A stretch of DNA of 64,000 nucleotides from Okamejei kenojei (lineage: Eukaryota). The stretch lies in NCBI GenBank assembly GCA_035221665.1, contig CM069148.1, positions 14,322,001-14,386,000 of the forward strand, given 5' to 3'. This document shows, one piece after another, positions 1-11,699 of the stretch. A program made the translations under genes and the position numbers. A model generated the notes under the pieces. The model saw only the letters and a list, made by a program, of their open reading frames with translations, did not search any database and was not told the origin of the DNA. The number at the start of each line of letters is the position of its first letter. The first letter of the stretch is position 1.

Positions 1-135
1 AATTCTTATTGACTTTAGTTTTTAGTTTACAGTGTGGACCATGCCGACCAGCGATCACCTGTACAATAATTCTGTCCTTCACACTAGGGACACCAGGCCT
101 CAGAATAAAATGCTGTGCCTTTAGAAATCGATGTA

Positions 136-550
136 AACATAGAAACATAGATAATAGGTGCAGGAGGAGGCCATTCAGCCCTTCGAGCCAACACCGCCAT
201 TCATTGTGATCATGGCTGATCATCCCCATTCAATAACCCGTGTCTGCCCTCTCCCCATATCCCTTGATTCAACCAGCCCCTAGAGCTCTATCTTCTAAAG
301 TTGTTGGACAACTTGTTCTATTTGATCTTCCGTTTGTGCACGTCGAGTTGATTGCATTAGTCGAAACAGGGCGGACCACCTGAAGGTTGCGATCTTCCAC
401 CCCAGCTCTATCTAACTCTCTCTTAAATCCATCCAGTGACTTGGCCTCCACTGTCCTCTGTGGCAGGGAATTCCACAAATTCACAACTCTCTGGGTGAAA
501 AAGTTTTTTCTCACCTCAGTCTTTTAAACGGCCTCCCCTTTATTCTTTAT
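136..550 (-). mobile_element. CR1/HER1-type LINE 3' fragment
   Basis: Encodes MRKNFFTQRVVNLWNSLPQ (CR1 ORF2 C-terminus) with a (TTTCTATG)n tail; interrupted by copy A. Confidence 0.8.
294..403 (-). mobile_element. Short retroposon with HDV-like ribozyme head, copy A (shortened 3' module)
   Basis: TSD agctctatct at 284-293 and 404-413; begins GGGGTGGAAGATCGCAACC; inserted in a CR1 3' fragment. Confidence 0.8.
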
Positions 551-1611
551 TATGTACATTGCACCTACGAACCTGCACGCCTTTGGAGTGTGGGAGGAAG
601 CCGGAGTAAACCCACGGCGTGTCAGTGAGTACATACAAACTCTGTACAAACAGCATCTGTAGTCAGGGTAGAAGCTGATGATGGGACCCGCTGGCAATGT
701 AAGGCAGCAACCCGACCATGCCGCACCTTTTAAGCTTGCAGATATTGAGATGGCACAGGAGAATCCCAGGAATGGATCCCGTGAAACTCCCGTGCTCTCC
801 CTCCGTCGGTCAGGGTGTGAGGTGCGGGAGACACAAGCGAGTGCTGACGCTGGAATCTCGAACTTGAGCAAAAAAGGAAGTGGAATCTTGAGCAAATCAG
901 AAAGTGCTGGAGGAACTCAACAGGTCAGGCAGCATCTGTGGAGGGAATGGACAGACATTCCAGATCGGGGTCCTTCTTCAGACCCGTTGAGTTACTCCAG
1001 CATAGTGTGTCTTTTCTTATGTCTAGGTTATGTTTCTGTGCGTTGCCTGTCATTGTGCCCATGATGCTGCTGCGAGCAAGATTCTCATTGTATCTCACCG
1101 CACATGCGTATACGACAATAAACTTCACTTAAAATGCACCATATGCTGAATTTTACAGTCATACCTAACACTTTCCTTAATGTGCCAAAGTTTTTAACAC
1201 ACCTAATAACACAGGTAATGGCTCCTCCCAGTCAGAGGTAAACCATGAAAAGTACAGAGGTTACTCTGCCACTCCTTATTTAAACTGTGGTAACCACACT
1301 CCCGTTGCCATGTTCAGTAAACCTTCTCCATTAGCTGCTCCACAAAACACTCTATGGTCAGTGTAATGTCATAGAGTTATAGGTGGTATATGGAAAAAGG
1401 CCCTTCTGCTCAATTTGTCCACACCTATCAACACATCCCATCTTCACCAGTCCTACCTGCCTGCGTTTGGCCCATATCCCTCTAAACCTGTCCAATCCTT
1501 GCACCTGTCCAAATGTTTCTTAAACGTTGCGAAACGACCTGCATCAACTGCCTCCTCCAGCAGCTCGTTCCATACACCCACCACCCTCTGAGTGAAAAGG
1601 TTACCCCTCAA

Positions 1612-2595
1612 ATCATATTGATGATTTGGACGAGGGAATTGAATGCAACATCTTCAAGTTTGCGGATGACACTAAACTGTGGGGTAGTGTTAGCGAGTGA
1701 GGAGGAAGCTAGGAGGCTGCAAGGTGACTTGGATAGGCTGGGAGAGTGGGAAAATGCATGGCAGGTGCAGTATAATGTGGATAGATGTGAGGTTATCCAC
1801 TTTGGTGGCAAAAACAGGAAAGTAGACTATTATCTTAATGGTGGCAAATTAGGAAAAGGGGAGATGCAACAAGACCTGGGTGTCATTGTACACCAATCAT
1901 TGAAAGTAGGCAGGTGCAGCAGGCAGCAGGCAGTGAAGAAAGGAAATGGTATGTTAGCATTCATAGCGAAAGGATTTGAGTATAGGAGCAGGGAGGTTCT
2001 ACTGCAGTTGTACAGGGTTTTGGTGAGACCACACCTGGAGTATTGCGTGCAGTTTTGGTCTCCAAATCTGAGAAAAGACATTCTTGCCATAGGGAGGGTA
2101 CAGAGAAGGTTCACCAGACTGATTCCTGGGATGGCAGGACTTTCATATGAGGAAAGACTGGATAGACTTGGCTTGTACTCGCTAGAATTTGGAAGACTGA
2201 GGGGGATCTTATAGAAACTTACAAAATTCTTAAGGGGTTGGATAGGCTAGATGCAGGAAGATTGTTCCCGATGTTGGGGAGGTCCAGAACAAGGGGTCAC
2301 AATCTAAGGATAAGGGGGAATTCCTTTAGGACCGAGATGAGGAAAACATTTTTCACACTGAGAGTGGTGAGTCTCTGGAATTATCTGCCACAGAAGGTAG
2401 TTGAGGCCAGTTCATTGGCTATATTTAAGAGGGAGTTAGATGTGGCCCTTGTGGCTAAAGGGATCAGGGGGTATGGAGAGAAGGCAGGTACAGGATACCA
2501 AGTTGGATGATCAGCCATGGTCATATTGAATGGCGGTGCAGGCTCGAAGGGCCGAATGGCCTACTACTGCACCTATTTTCTATGTTTCTATGTTC
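1612..2595 (+). mobile_element. CR1/HER1-type LINE, 5'-truncated (RT C-terminal half, frameshifted)
   Basis: SKFADD and LVRPHLEYCVQFWSP motifs, 3' UTR hairpin, (TTTCTATG)n tail. Confidence 0.9.
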
Positions 2596-3835
2596 CTATT
2601 AAATCTTTCCCCCCTCACAAACCGATGTCCTCTGGTTCTCTATTCTCCTACTCTGGGCAAGAGACTCTGTGCATTTACCAGATGTATTCCTCTCATGATT
2701 TTGTACATCTCTGTAAGATCGCCACTCGTCCTCCTGCGCTCCAAGGAATAGAGTCCTAGCCTGCTCAATCTTCCCTATAGCTCAGGCCCTCGAGTCCTGG
2801 CAACGTCCTCGTAAATCTTCTCAGTACCCGTTCCAGCTTTACAACATCGTTCCTATAACGTGGTGCCCAGAACTGATCACAATATGCTAAATGCGGCCAC
2901 ACCAACCTCTTATACAACTGCAACGTGACCTCCCAACTTCTTTTCTTTTTTAATATCATATTTTTATTAGAAGTAATGTACAGCAGTATAAACCAAGAAT
3001 AACATAATACATTTCAAGTACAACTTCTTGTTTTAAAATTTAATAATAGAAAAGTAGCAGAAGCAAGAAAAAGAGAAAGGGAGAAAGTTAGGTAAGGTAG
3101 TGATATTGATAGTTCGTGAAAAAGTAGAAAGAAAGAGCCCATAAAGATGTAAAGCACGAGAAAGAGAAAAAAGAAAAAATAGAAAATATAAAGAAAATAA
3201 AAGGGATGTACCTGCTTCATACACAACCCTCACCCGGTTCTGCAACAATTAATTTCCAGAGTTATGTTGCACCTTATGCTTGTAATAAGTCGATACAGGG
3301 AGACCAAATCTTTAAGAATTGGTCAGATTTGCCTGCTAGAACGAATCTCATGTCTTCGAGGTGTAACATTTCAGACATATTTGAAATCCACATTTTAAGC
3401 GTTGGTGCGGGTGCATTTTTTCCAGAATTTGAGTACAAGTTTGTTTGCCGTTATTAAGCCATAGTGAAGGAAACTCTTTTGGAACAAAGTCAGCTCAAAG
3501 CCGACTTCCATTGTTCCAGAGATAATCAGTTCTACGTTGGGTTTCAGTTTCATTTTAAATAATTTAGTGAACATTTCAAAAATTTCATTCTAACATTTTT
3601 GGAGTTTTATGCAAAAAGACAAATGACCTCCCAACTTCTATACCCAATATTGTCCCTGATGAAGGCCACTGTGCCAAAAACCTTTGTGACCACCCTATCT
3701 ACCTGTGGTGCCACTTTTAACAATCTATGTAGGCTGCAGTCCTAGATCCCTTTCCTCTACAACACTGCCTAGAGCCCCATCATTCAGCATGTAGGTCCTG
3801 CCCGTGTTAGAGTTCCCAAAAAGTACCACCTCACA
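2596..3835 (-). mobile_element. Older CR1 fragment interrupted by an L1-clade insertion
   Basis: LYKRLVWPHLAYCDQFWAP on the minus strand; sequence resumes after 3624. Confidence 0.7.
2942..3623 (-). mobile_element. L1-clade LINE 3' end, 5'-truncated
   Basis: 16-bp TSD tgacctcccaacttct at 2926-2941 and 3624-3639; AATAAA and A-rich tail on minus; degenerate ORF2 C-terminus (KLVLKFWKNAPAPTLKMW). Confidence 0.75.
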
Positions 3836-4494
3836 ATGAACAGTGTGCTGAACAGTGCACTTTGAGTATAAACCGTTAACACGAGGAGATTTGAAAACCA
3901 TTTCATTGTCAAAGTGACGATGGAGCCAGCTGTCTTCACGTCAGCTTCGAGGCCGTCCAGGCTACCAAGATGGTGGCAAGGGGGAAATTTGGTGCCTGAG
4001 AACGGTCTGCAAATTCACCTCCTATGTCTTCATAGAGTATCCTAAAGAACTGCGACCGGCTCAGGAGACTGGACAGGGTGACCCCAGCGCATGGAAGCAG
4101 TGGGTTGGCCTGACTGCAGCCGGCCGAGCGAGCGGATCAAGTGCAGCTCACGGCAGCTGCAAGGAGCAGTGGTGGAAGGAGCCGACAGCACAGCGCTGGG
4201 CCAGACCGACCCCTACTTCATCGATCCAATGCCACAAGAACGCCAGGCCTTAAAGTGAGAAAATAAAACAAATCCACATCTTCTTCATAAAATCATAACT
4301 GATAGGAGCAGAATTAGACCATTCGGCCCATCAAGACTACTCCGCCATTCAATCATGGCCGATCAATCTCTCCCTACTAACCCCATTCTCCTGCCTTCTC
4401 CCCATAACCCCTGACATACGTACAAATCAAGAATTTATCTATCTCTGCCTTAGAAATATCATTTCATCCACCCTTGGGCTATGATCGGACTTTT

Positions 4495-4900
4495 AGAAGA
4501 CTGAGGGGGGGAATCTTATAGAAACTTACAAAATTCTCAAGGGGTTGGACAGGCTAGATGCAGGAAGATTGTTCCCGATGTTGGGGAGGTCCAGAACAAG
4601 GGGTCACAGTCTAAGGATAAGGGGGAATTCCTTTAGGACTGAGATGAGGAAAACATTTTTCACACAGAGAGTGGTGAGTCTCTGGAATTCTCTGCCACAG
4701 AAGGTAGTTGAGGCCAGTTCATTGGCTATATTTAAGAGGGAGTTAGATGTGGCCCTTGTGGCTAAAGGGATCAGGGGGTATGGAGAGAATGCAGGTACAG
4801 GATACCGAGTTGGATGATCAGCCATGATCATATTGAATGGCGATGCTGGCTCGAAGGGCCGAATGGCCTACTCCTGCACCTATTTTCTATGTTTCTATGT
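4495..4900 (+). mobile_element. CR1/HER1 LINE 3' fragment
   Basis: Near-identical to about 2193-2595. Confidence 0.85.
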
Positions 4901-5350
4901 TTTCAAGAAATCTGCAAGACTGTGACTCTCGGCATGCTGTTCATGCTGTTCCATGAACACTACTGTGTTCATGTATGGTATCATTTGACTGGATCGTATA
5001 CAGAACAAGCATTTCAAAGTATATCTGTACACACGGCAATAATAAACTAATCTAAACTTATTTACTCTAACACGTTATCTCTAGTTCCTTGACTAAGCAG
5101 GAGTGTACTTTATTACTGAATTGCCAGATCCGTTTCTCCCGGATGGAGAAATCTCCTGAAAGCTTAGATCAATAAATGTCTGGAGGTTTTGAACGGGGCA
5201 AAACAGCAGTTAGCAACGTAAGGTCTGTTGGCTGGGAGAAAGCCTCCGCTCGGCACTTCTCAGTGTTACCCAAATAAGGCTCAAGCAGAATCTGACCAGG
5301 AAAGCTAATCGAAAGGGGGAGACAAGAGGCTTCAGAAGAAGACTTGGAAG

Positions 5351-5459
5351 ATGAGGAGAAGATTCATTGGGAAGATATCTTCAAGCAATATCAACAAGTT
5401 GGATGCTTTCCCAAAGGTTGCTGAAGTCTGCGTGAAAACCTCCATTACTGGGGGCACAG
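5351..5459 (+). CDS. ERGIC2: ERGIC2-like coding exon 1
   Basis: ATG at 5351 gives MRRRFIGKISSSNINKLDAFPKVAEVCVKTSITGGT, containing the Erv41/Erv46-family LDAFPK...T..GG motif; GT donor at 5460, phase 1. Confidence 0.9.
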
Positions 5460-5540
5460 GTGAACAAACACATATCAAACCAGCTTTACTGTTCTAAGCC
5501 TTAGCTTTTCAGGCCATTTATTTTGTTTGTAATAGCCTTA

Positions 5541-5872
5541 TAGCCCTGTTCCACGGTACGAGTTCATTCCAAGAGCTATCCCCAGTTTAAAAAAAAAACA
5601 AACTCGTGGTAACACATGGAGAATGAACGTAGCGGGTACGTCAGAGCTCGGGGACGTCTCTTAGCGGTTTGTAACGCTAACGGCAGGTACTCGGGAAGAC
5701 TCGCTAACAGCAGGTAAGCACGGGAAGACTCGTGAAGATTTTTCAACATGTTGAAAAATGCCCACGAGAGCCCCGAGTACCGACGAGCGGCCATTACCGT
5801 AAATCTCCGAATTCGATTCAGGGCAAACTCGGGAGAGCTCTTGGAATGAACTCGTACTGTGGGACAAGGCTT
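5541..5872. mobile_element. PIF/Harbinger-type MITE inserted in a SINE head
   Basis: About 36-bp imperfect TIRs (AGCCCTGTTCCACGGTACGAGTTCATTCCAAGAGCT / AGCTCTTGGAATGAACTCGTACTGTGGGACAAGGCT); TTA TSD splitting the SINE motif GCCTTA-CAGCGCC. Confidence 0.75.
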
Positions 5873-6951
5873 TTACAGCGCCAGACACACAGGTTCGATC
5901 CTGACCTTGGGTGCTGTCCGTGTGGAGTTTGTACGTGCTCCCTGTGACCGCGTGGGTTTCCTCTCGGGTGCTCCGGTATCCTCTCACATCCCAAAGACGT
6001 GTGTGTTCGTAAGTTAAATAGCCTCTGTGAATTGCTCCTAGCGTGTAGGGAGTGGGTGGGAAAGTGGGATAACATAGAGCGAGTGTAATGGGTGATCAAT
6101 TTAGCACCCGGGAGGTGATCAGTTTTCTTTGAGGCACTAATACTAGAAAACATGATGTTCTGTAGTGGATGCGTGGAACACAGCGCCAGGGAGTGGGTGG
6201 AATCACATACAATAATTTTGCGTAAAAGGCTTTTAGAGGAGAGTAGTTTACTTTGGCATCATGCGTTGTATACACACTGTGGCCTGAAAGACCGGTTCCT
6301 GTGATGTGCTGTTCTGTGTATTTTTTCCTATGTTCTCTAATAAGAGGCATTTAGACAGACACATGAATGACTTGGATGTCAATGCAGACGGGTTGGTGAG
6401 TAAGTTTGCAGATGACACCAGGGTTCGCAAGGGTTGCGGACTGAGAGGAAGACTGCAAGTGTATACAGCGGGATATAGTTCAGCTGCAGAAATGTGTGGA
6501 GAAACTGCTGTTAGAGGTGATTCTGAGCAGGTGTGAGTTATTGCACATTGAGAGGTCAAATAGACAATAGACAATAGACAATAGGTGCAGGAGTAGGCCA
6601 TTCAGCCCTTCGAGCCAGCACCGCCATTCAATGTGATCATGGCTGATCATCCCCAATCAGTACCCCGTTCCTGCCTTCTCCCCATATCCCCTGACTCCGC
6701 TATTTTTAAGAGCCCTATCTAGCTCTCTCTTGAAAGCATCCAGAGAACCTGCATCCACCGCCCTCTGAGGCAGAGATAGGCAAATAGGCGGAAACATTCA
6801 CAATGAATGACCGAAAGGCTTGTTCTTGTGCTGTACACTTCCAGGTTCAGCGTTCTAAGCTATCAAAAGACCCCGTGGATAAGTTGAGGGCAGCACAACG
6901 GATGGATTGTACAGAAAGTGCATCAATTTAACTTGATTTCTTTCTTTGCAG

Positions 6952-7060
6952 TTACACTGCTTACTTTCACACTGATGGCCATCCTAACCATTGGAGAGTA
7001 CTGTTATTATCGAGACACTTGGATTAAATACAGTTATCAAGTTGACACAGACATTTCCAG
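6952..7060 (+). CDS. ERGIC2: ERGIC2-like coding exon 2 (TM1)
   Basis: tttctttgcAG acceptor; VTLLTFTLMAILTIGEYCYYRDTWIKYSYQVDTDIS; GT donor; 109 nt, frame continuous with exon 1. Confidence 0.92.
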
Positions 7061-7490
7061 GTACCTTTTACAGACAATCATAACGGTTTGATGTGGTTAG
7101 AGAGCTGGGAATGATACAGGCAATTGCCCCTCACAACAGAATCTCACCCCTCATTCTTATCCCCTTTGGCTGCCTTGATATTCATCGATGGGATGTTGGC
7201 ATGACTGGTTGGTTCAGTGTTTATTGCCGGAGCTTTCATGAACCCCAGGCGGTCAGTGTGACTAAAGGACTCATGCAGTGTTTTAGGGGAAGGGAGAGGC
7301 GGAATTTCAGTCTGAAAAAAGGTTCCGACCCAAAATATCATCTATTCTTTTTCTCCAGAGATGTTGCCAGACGCAACACTCCAGCATTTTGTGTCTATCT
7401 TTGGTACAAACCAGCATCTGCAGTTCCTTACTAAACAAATATAATAGTGGCATGTAAGAGGCTTTTGGATAGGCGCATGCGTGTCCAGGG

Positions 7491-8155
7491 TGTAGGAAGG
7501 AACTGCAGATGCTGGTTCAAACCGAAGGTAGACACAAAAAGCTGGAGTGACTCAGCTGGACAGGCAGCATCTCTGGAGAGTAGGAATGGGTGACGTTTTG
7601 GGTTGAGACCCTTCTTCAGACTGGTCAGGGATAAGGGAAACAAGAGATATAGATGATGAGAGATGTAGAGAGATAAAGAACAATGAATGAAAGATATGCA
7701 CAAAAATACCGATGATAAAGGAAACAGGCCATTATTAGCTGTTTAGAAACATAGAAACATAGAAACATAGAAAATAGGTGCAGGAGGAGGATATTCGGCC
7801 CTTCGAGCCAGCACTGCCATTCATTGTGATCATGGCTGATCGTCCGCTATCAATAACCCGTGCCTGCCTTCTCCCCATATCCCTTGACTCCACTAGCCTC
7901 TAGAGCTCTATCCAACTCTCTCTTAAATCCATCCAGTGATTTGGCCTCCACTGCCCTCTGTGGCAGGGAATTCCATAAATTCACAACTCTCTGGGTATAT
8001 AGGTTGGGTGAAAACGAGAAGCTAGTGCGACTTGGGTGGGGGAGGGATAGAGAGAGAGGCAATGCCGGGGCTACCTGAAGTTAGAGAAATGAATATTCAT
8101 ATCACTGGGCTGTAAGCTGCGAAGCAAGATCTGAGATGCTGTTCCTTCAATTTGC
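7491..8155 (-). mobile_element. Penelope-like element 3' fragment (GIY-YIG tail plus pseudo-LTR), interrupted by a CR1 tail at about 7745-7995
   Basis: Minus strand encodes a KLKEQHL..L.SLQP..MNI.F-like peptide, followed by the repeat carrying a CTGAAGA...AAAC hammerhead-like core. Confidence 0.7.
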
Positions 8156-8416
8156 TGGGAATGGAGGGGTATGGATCACATGCATGCAGTAGAGATTAGT
8201 TAAGTCTGGCACAGACATTGTGGGCTGGAATGGCCTGTTCCTGTGCTGTACTGTTCTATGTTCTTTGTGGTGATGTGTGTCAACCACTTGGAGATTTTAA
8301 AAGAACAAGAGGAGATTGTGTTAGTGCAGGGAAATAGTTCTGAGAAGCGAACAGCCGTGGTACTAATCCTGCTTTGATGTTTCAAGTTCCTAACGTGGTT
8401 TGTCTTATTATTCTAG

Positions 8417-8463
8417 CAAACTACAAGTAAATATCGACATTACAGTGGCCATGGAATGTGACT
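8417..8463 (+). CDS. ERGIC2: ERGIC2-like coding exon 3
   Basis: ttctAG acceptor; SKLQVNIDITVAMECD (family motif NIDITVAM.C); GTAAGT donor; 47 nt. Confidence 0.93.
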
Positions 8464-10218
8464 GTAAGTATGTGCTGCTGTTGCGTTGGCCGGTTCCAGC
8501 AAAGGCAGGACCCAATCCCTTTTGACCTGCCACCTGTAAAGATTACACTGCTCACTTCCACTAAAGACATTTACACAGATATAATGTATGAATAAGGAAG
8601 CATTTAAAGGGATACTTGGTCAAATGCAGGCATGTGGATCAAGCCCAGAACGCCAACTAGGTCGGCAAGGACGACATGGGCCAAAGAGTCTGTTTCCGTG
8701 CAGCGCAGTTCCACGTCTATGTTATGTGTATGGTCGTCAAGAATGAGGAGGGGCATAGACAATGATGGGGAGACCCGGCAAAGGGGGGGGGACAGCCGTT
8801 GAGAACAAAGGGGGACACAGCGGGGAGAGGCGGTAGGGGTTTGGGCTGTTGCCACGTGCGGCAGCGGGAAGTTAATAGGACTGTCCGGTGAACATTTGTA
8901 ACTTTGTCATTGTCAGAAACATGGCGACAACGTGTACAGCCCAATGATGTCTGCTGATGATGTTACCAGGTTGCACGCAAAACAAAGCGTTTCACTGCAA
9001 ATGTGGCAACAAAGTGCCATTGAATCATTTAATTGAATTTTGCAGCTTTAATGACTTCCCCTTAACTACCTCTGAGTCTCTTCCAAAATGTAATTATAAC
9101 GACAGACAATACGGACTTTCCTTAACTGGTCGGTGTTGGCCTTGACTCATTTGGCACTGTCTGCACAGGAGGACTGTGGAGGCACTGAGTCTTCAAGCCA
9201 GGTTGTGTTTATTGTCATATACACGGGTATGGTGAGGTACCGGTATCATGGAAATCGTGCCAGCAGCAGCATCATAGACTCAGACTACACACGGAACATA
9301 AATTGAAAGCAGCGAACAGTAAAAAAAATCTGCAAATCAGAACAAGAAAGAAACAAGACAAGACATTGAAGACATTTATTCTGGATATTAGAGAAATCAA
9401 GATATATGGTGTTTGTGCAGGAAGATGGAGCTGAGGTAAAAGATCAGCCTGGACATTGAACAGCAGGGCAGGAGTGAGGGGCTGAATGGCCTACTCCTGC
9501 CACTATTTGCAACACAGTAAGAGTGAATGGCATTGGTTTATTATTGCAATGTTTATTAGATGCAGTGAGAAACATTGTTTTGCATGCTGTCCAGTCAAAT
9601 CATTCCGTACATGAGTACATCAGGGTGCAAAAGGGAAATTAAACAGAGTGCAGAATATAGTATTACAGTCTGAGTAAGTGCAGCATAAAACAAAGAGCAA
9701 CGGCCAAAACAAGGTAGATTGGAAGATCGGGAAATTCATCCCTAGACGAGGTCTCAGAATAAAAGGATGTACCGTTAGGAAGGAGATGAGGAGGAATATC
9801 TTTCGTCAGAGGGTGGTGAATCTGTGGAATTCATTGCCACTGATGGCTGCGGAGGTCAAGTCAATGGATATGTTTAAGACAGATTAATAGATTCTTGATT
9901 TGTACAGGTGTCAGGGGTTATGGGGAGAAGGCAGGAGAAGGGGGTCGAGAGGTAGACTTAATGGGCTGAATGGCGTCATTCTGTTCCTATCACATGAAAG
10001 TATGAAGTCCATTCACGAGTCTTATAGCAGTGGGGAAGAGGCTGGTCTGGGTTGGATGCTCAGGCTAAGCGCTGACCATAGAAGATGCCCGTTGGGCTGA
10101 ACGGCTCTTTTTGTGCTGTACTTTTTCTCTTAAAAATTGAAATGACCAAAGCGGAAAGAAAAACGGAACAAAAATGTGCATTAGATCATTCCACACTGTT
10201 TTTCTTTATTGTCCAAAG

Positions 10219-10289
10219 ATATTGGAGCAGATATCACTGATCGGATGGATATGGCCGTTAGCGAGTCTGAGGATTTTCATTATGAGCCG
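10219..10289 (+). CDS. ERGIC2: ERGIC2-like coding exon 4
   Basis: AG acceptor; YIGADITDRMDMAVSESEDFHYEP; GTAAG donor; 71 nt. Confidence 0.9.
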
Positions 10290-11040
10290 GTAAGATCCTT
10301 TCTGCTTGGTTATCACTGATTTTGTAACTAGGCAGTGGGTTGGCTGTGCGTTACTTCAGCACGTCAGTGCAGGCACTGGGCAATGTTAGACGTCTCTATG
10401 TTGTCCTTGGTTACAAAAATAAAAGTCACACAGATCTGTCCGTGCCCCAATTCATTGAGCTATCCGAGGGGTTCGTGAACACAATCCGTCACACACATGG
10501 CAGGCAGGAAACCTACAGTTTTAGTCTAATCTTCTAGTCTGAAGAAGGGTCTCGACCCGAAACATTGCCCATTCCTTCTCTCCAGAGATGCTGCCTGCCC
10601 CGCTGAGTTACTCCAGCATTTTGTGTCTTCCTTTAGTTTTAGCCTAATTTTAGTTTTAGAGACACAGCACGGAAACAGGCCCTTCGACCCATCGAGTCCA
10701 CGTCGACCATCGATCACCCGCTCACACAATTTCTCTGTTATTCTACTTCCTCACTCCCTCCCTACACATTAGGGGAGACCTACAACGACCCATTTACATG
10801 TATTTGACCCACATCCCTCTAAACCTTTCATATTCATGTCGCTGTCCAAAATGTCTTTTAAAAGTTGTTATTGTACATGAACCGACTATCTCTTCTGGCA
10901 GCGCGTTCCACACACCCGCCACCCTCTGTGTGAAAAGGTCACCCCTCAGGTTCCTATTAAATCTTTCCTCTCTCGTCTTACTCTCTTGTTCTTGATTCCT
11001 CCACCCTGAGAATAGGAGTGTGTGCGTTCACCCTGTCTAT

Positions 11041-11177
11041 GGCGGTGGAAGATTGCAACCTTCACGTGGTCCGCCCTGTTTCGACTAATGCAATCAACTC
11101 GACGCGCACAAACGGAAGATCAAATAGAACAAGTTGTCCAACAACTTTAGGCTGTGCACGCCACACGAAAGAAGAAG
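11041..11177 (+). mobile_element. Short retroposon with HDV-like ribozyme head, copy B
   Basis: 11-bp TSD accctgtctat at 11030-11040 and 11178-11188; GAAGAAG tail; inserted in a CR1 fragment. Confidence 0.85.
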
Positions 11178-11437
11178 ACCCTGTCTATTCCCCTCATGAT
11201 TTTGTACACCACTCTAAGATCACCCCTCAGCCTCCCGCGCCCATGTGATAAAGTCCAAGCCTGGTCAATTTCTCCCCATGAGGTCAGGTCCTTGAGTCCT
11301 GGCAACATCTCTGTAGATCTTCTCTGCATTCTTTCCAGCTTAATGGCATCTTTCCTGCAGCAGAGTGACCAAAACTGAACGCAATACTCCAAATGCGGCT
11401 TCGCCAACATTTTAACTATTTTTGTTGTAATATCTAG

Positions 11438-11478
11438 ACCTATTTCGAACTCTCAGCTGAGGACAGAGCCTGGCAGAG
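11438..11478 (+). CDS. ERGIC2: ERGIC2-like coding exon 5
   Basis: tctAG acceptor; TYFELSAEDRAWQR; GTAAG donor; 41 nt. Confidence 0.88.
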
Positions 11479-11571
11479 GTAAGACTGGGGAAGGATTTTC
11501 TTTAATCAGTTTGACATTCAGTTGCCCGTTGGTGCTGACTAATCTTCACAATGGCTTACATTTCCTTATAG

Positions 11572-11673
11572 AACGATGCAAAATATAAATCAACGTTTGC
11601 AGAAGGAACACAACCTCCTGGGTTCTCTCATCAAGTCACCGTTTAACAGGACTACTCCGACAGAACATCCAAG
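11572..11673 (+). CDS. ERGIC2: ERGIC2-like coding exon 6
   Basis: tttccttatAG acceptor after a 93-nt intron; TMQNINQRLQKEHNLLGSLIKSPFNRTTPTEHPR; GTAAG donor; 102 nt. Confidence 0.88.
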
Positions 11674-11699
11674 GTAAGGTGTTTGAGAAAAAAAAAAAT

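Noticed and set aside
3900-4260. GC-rich segment as a possible ERGIC2-like promoter or first exon
   Set aside because: No clear splice donor or promoter motif, and it could be TE-derived; cannot be supported from sequence alone.
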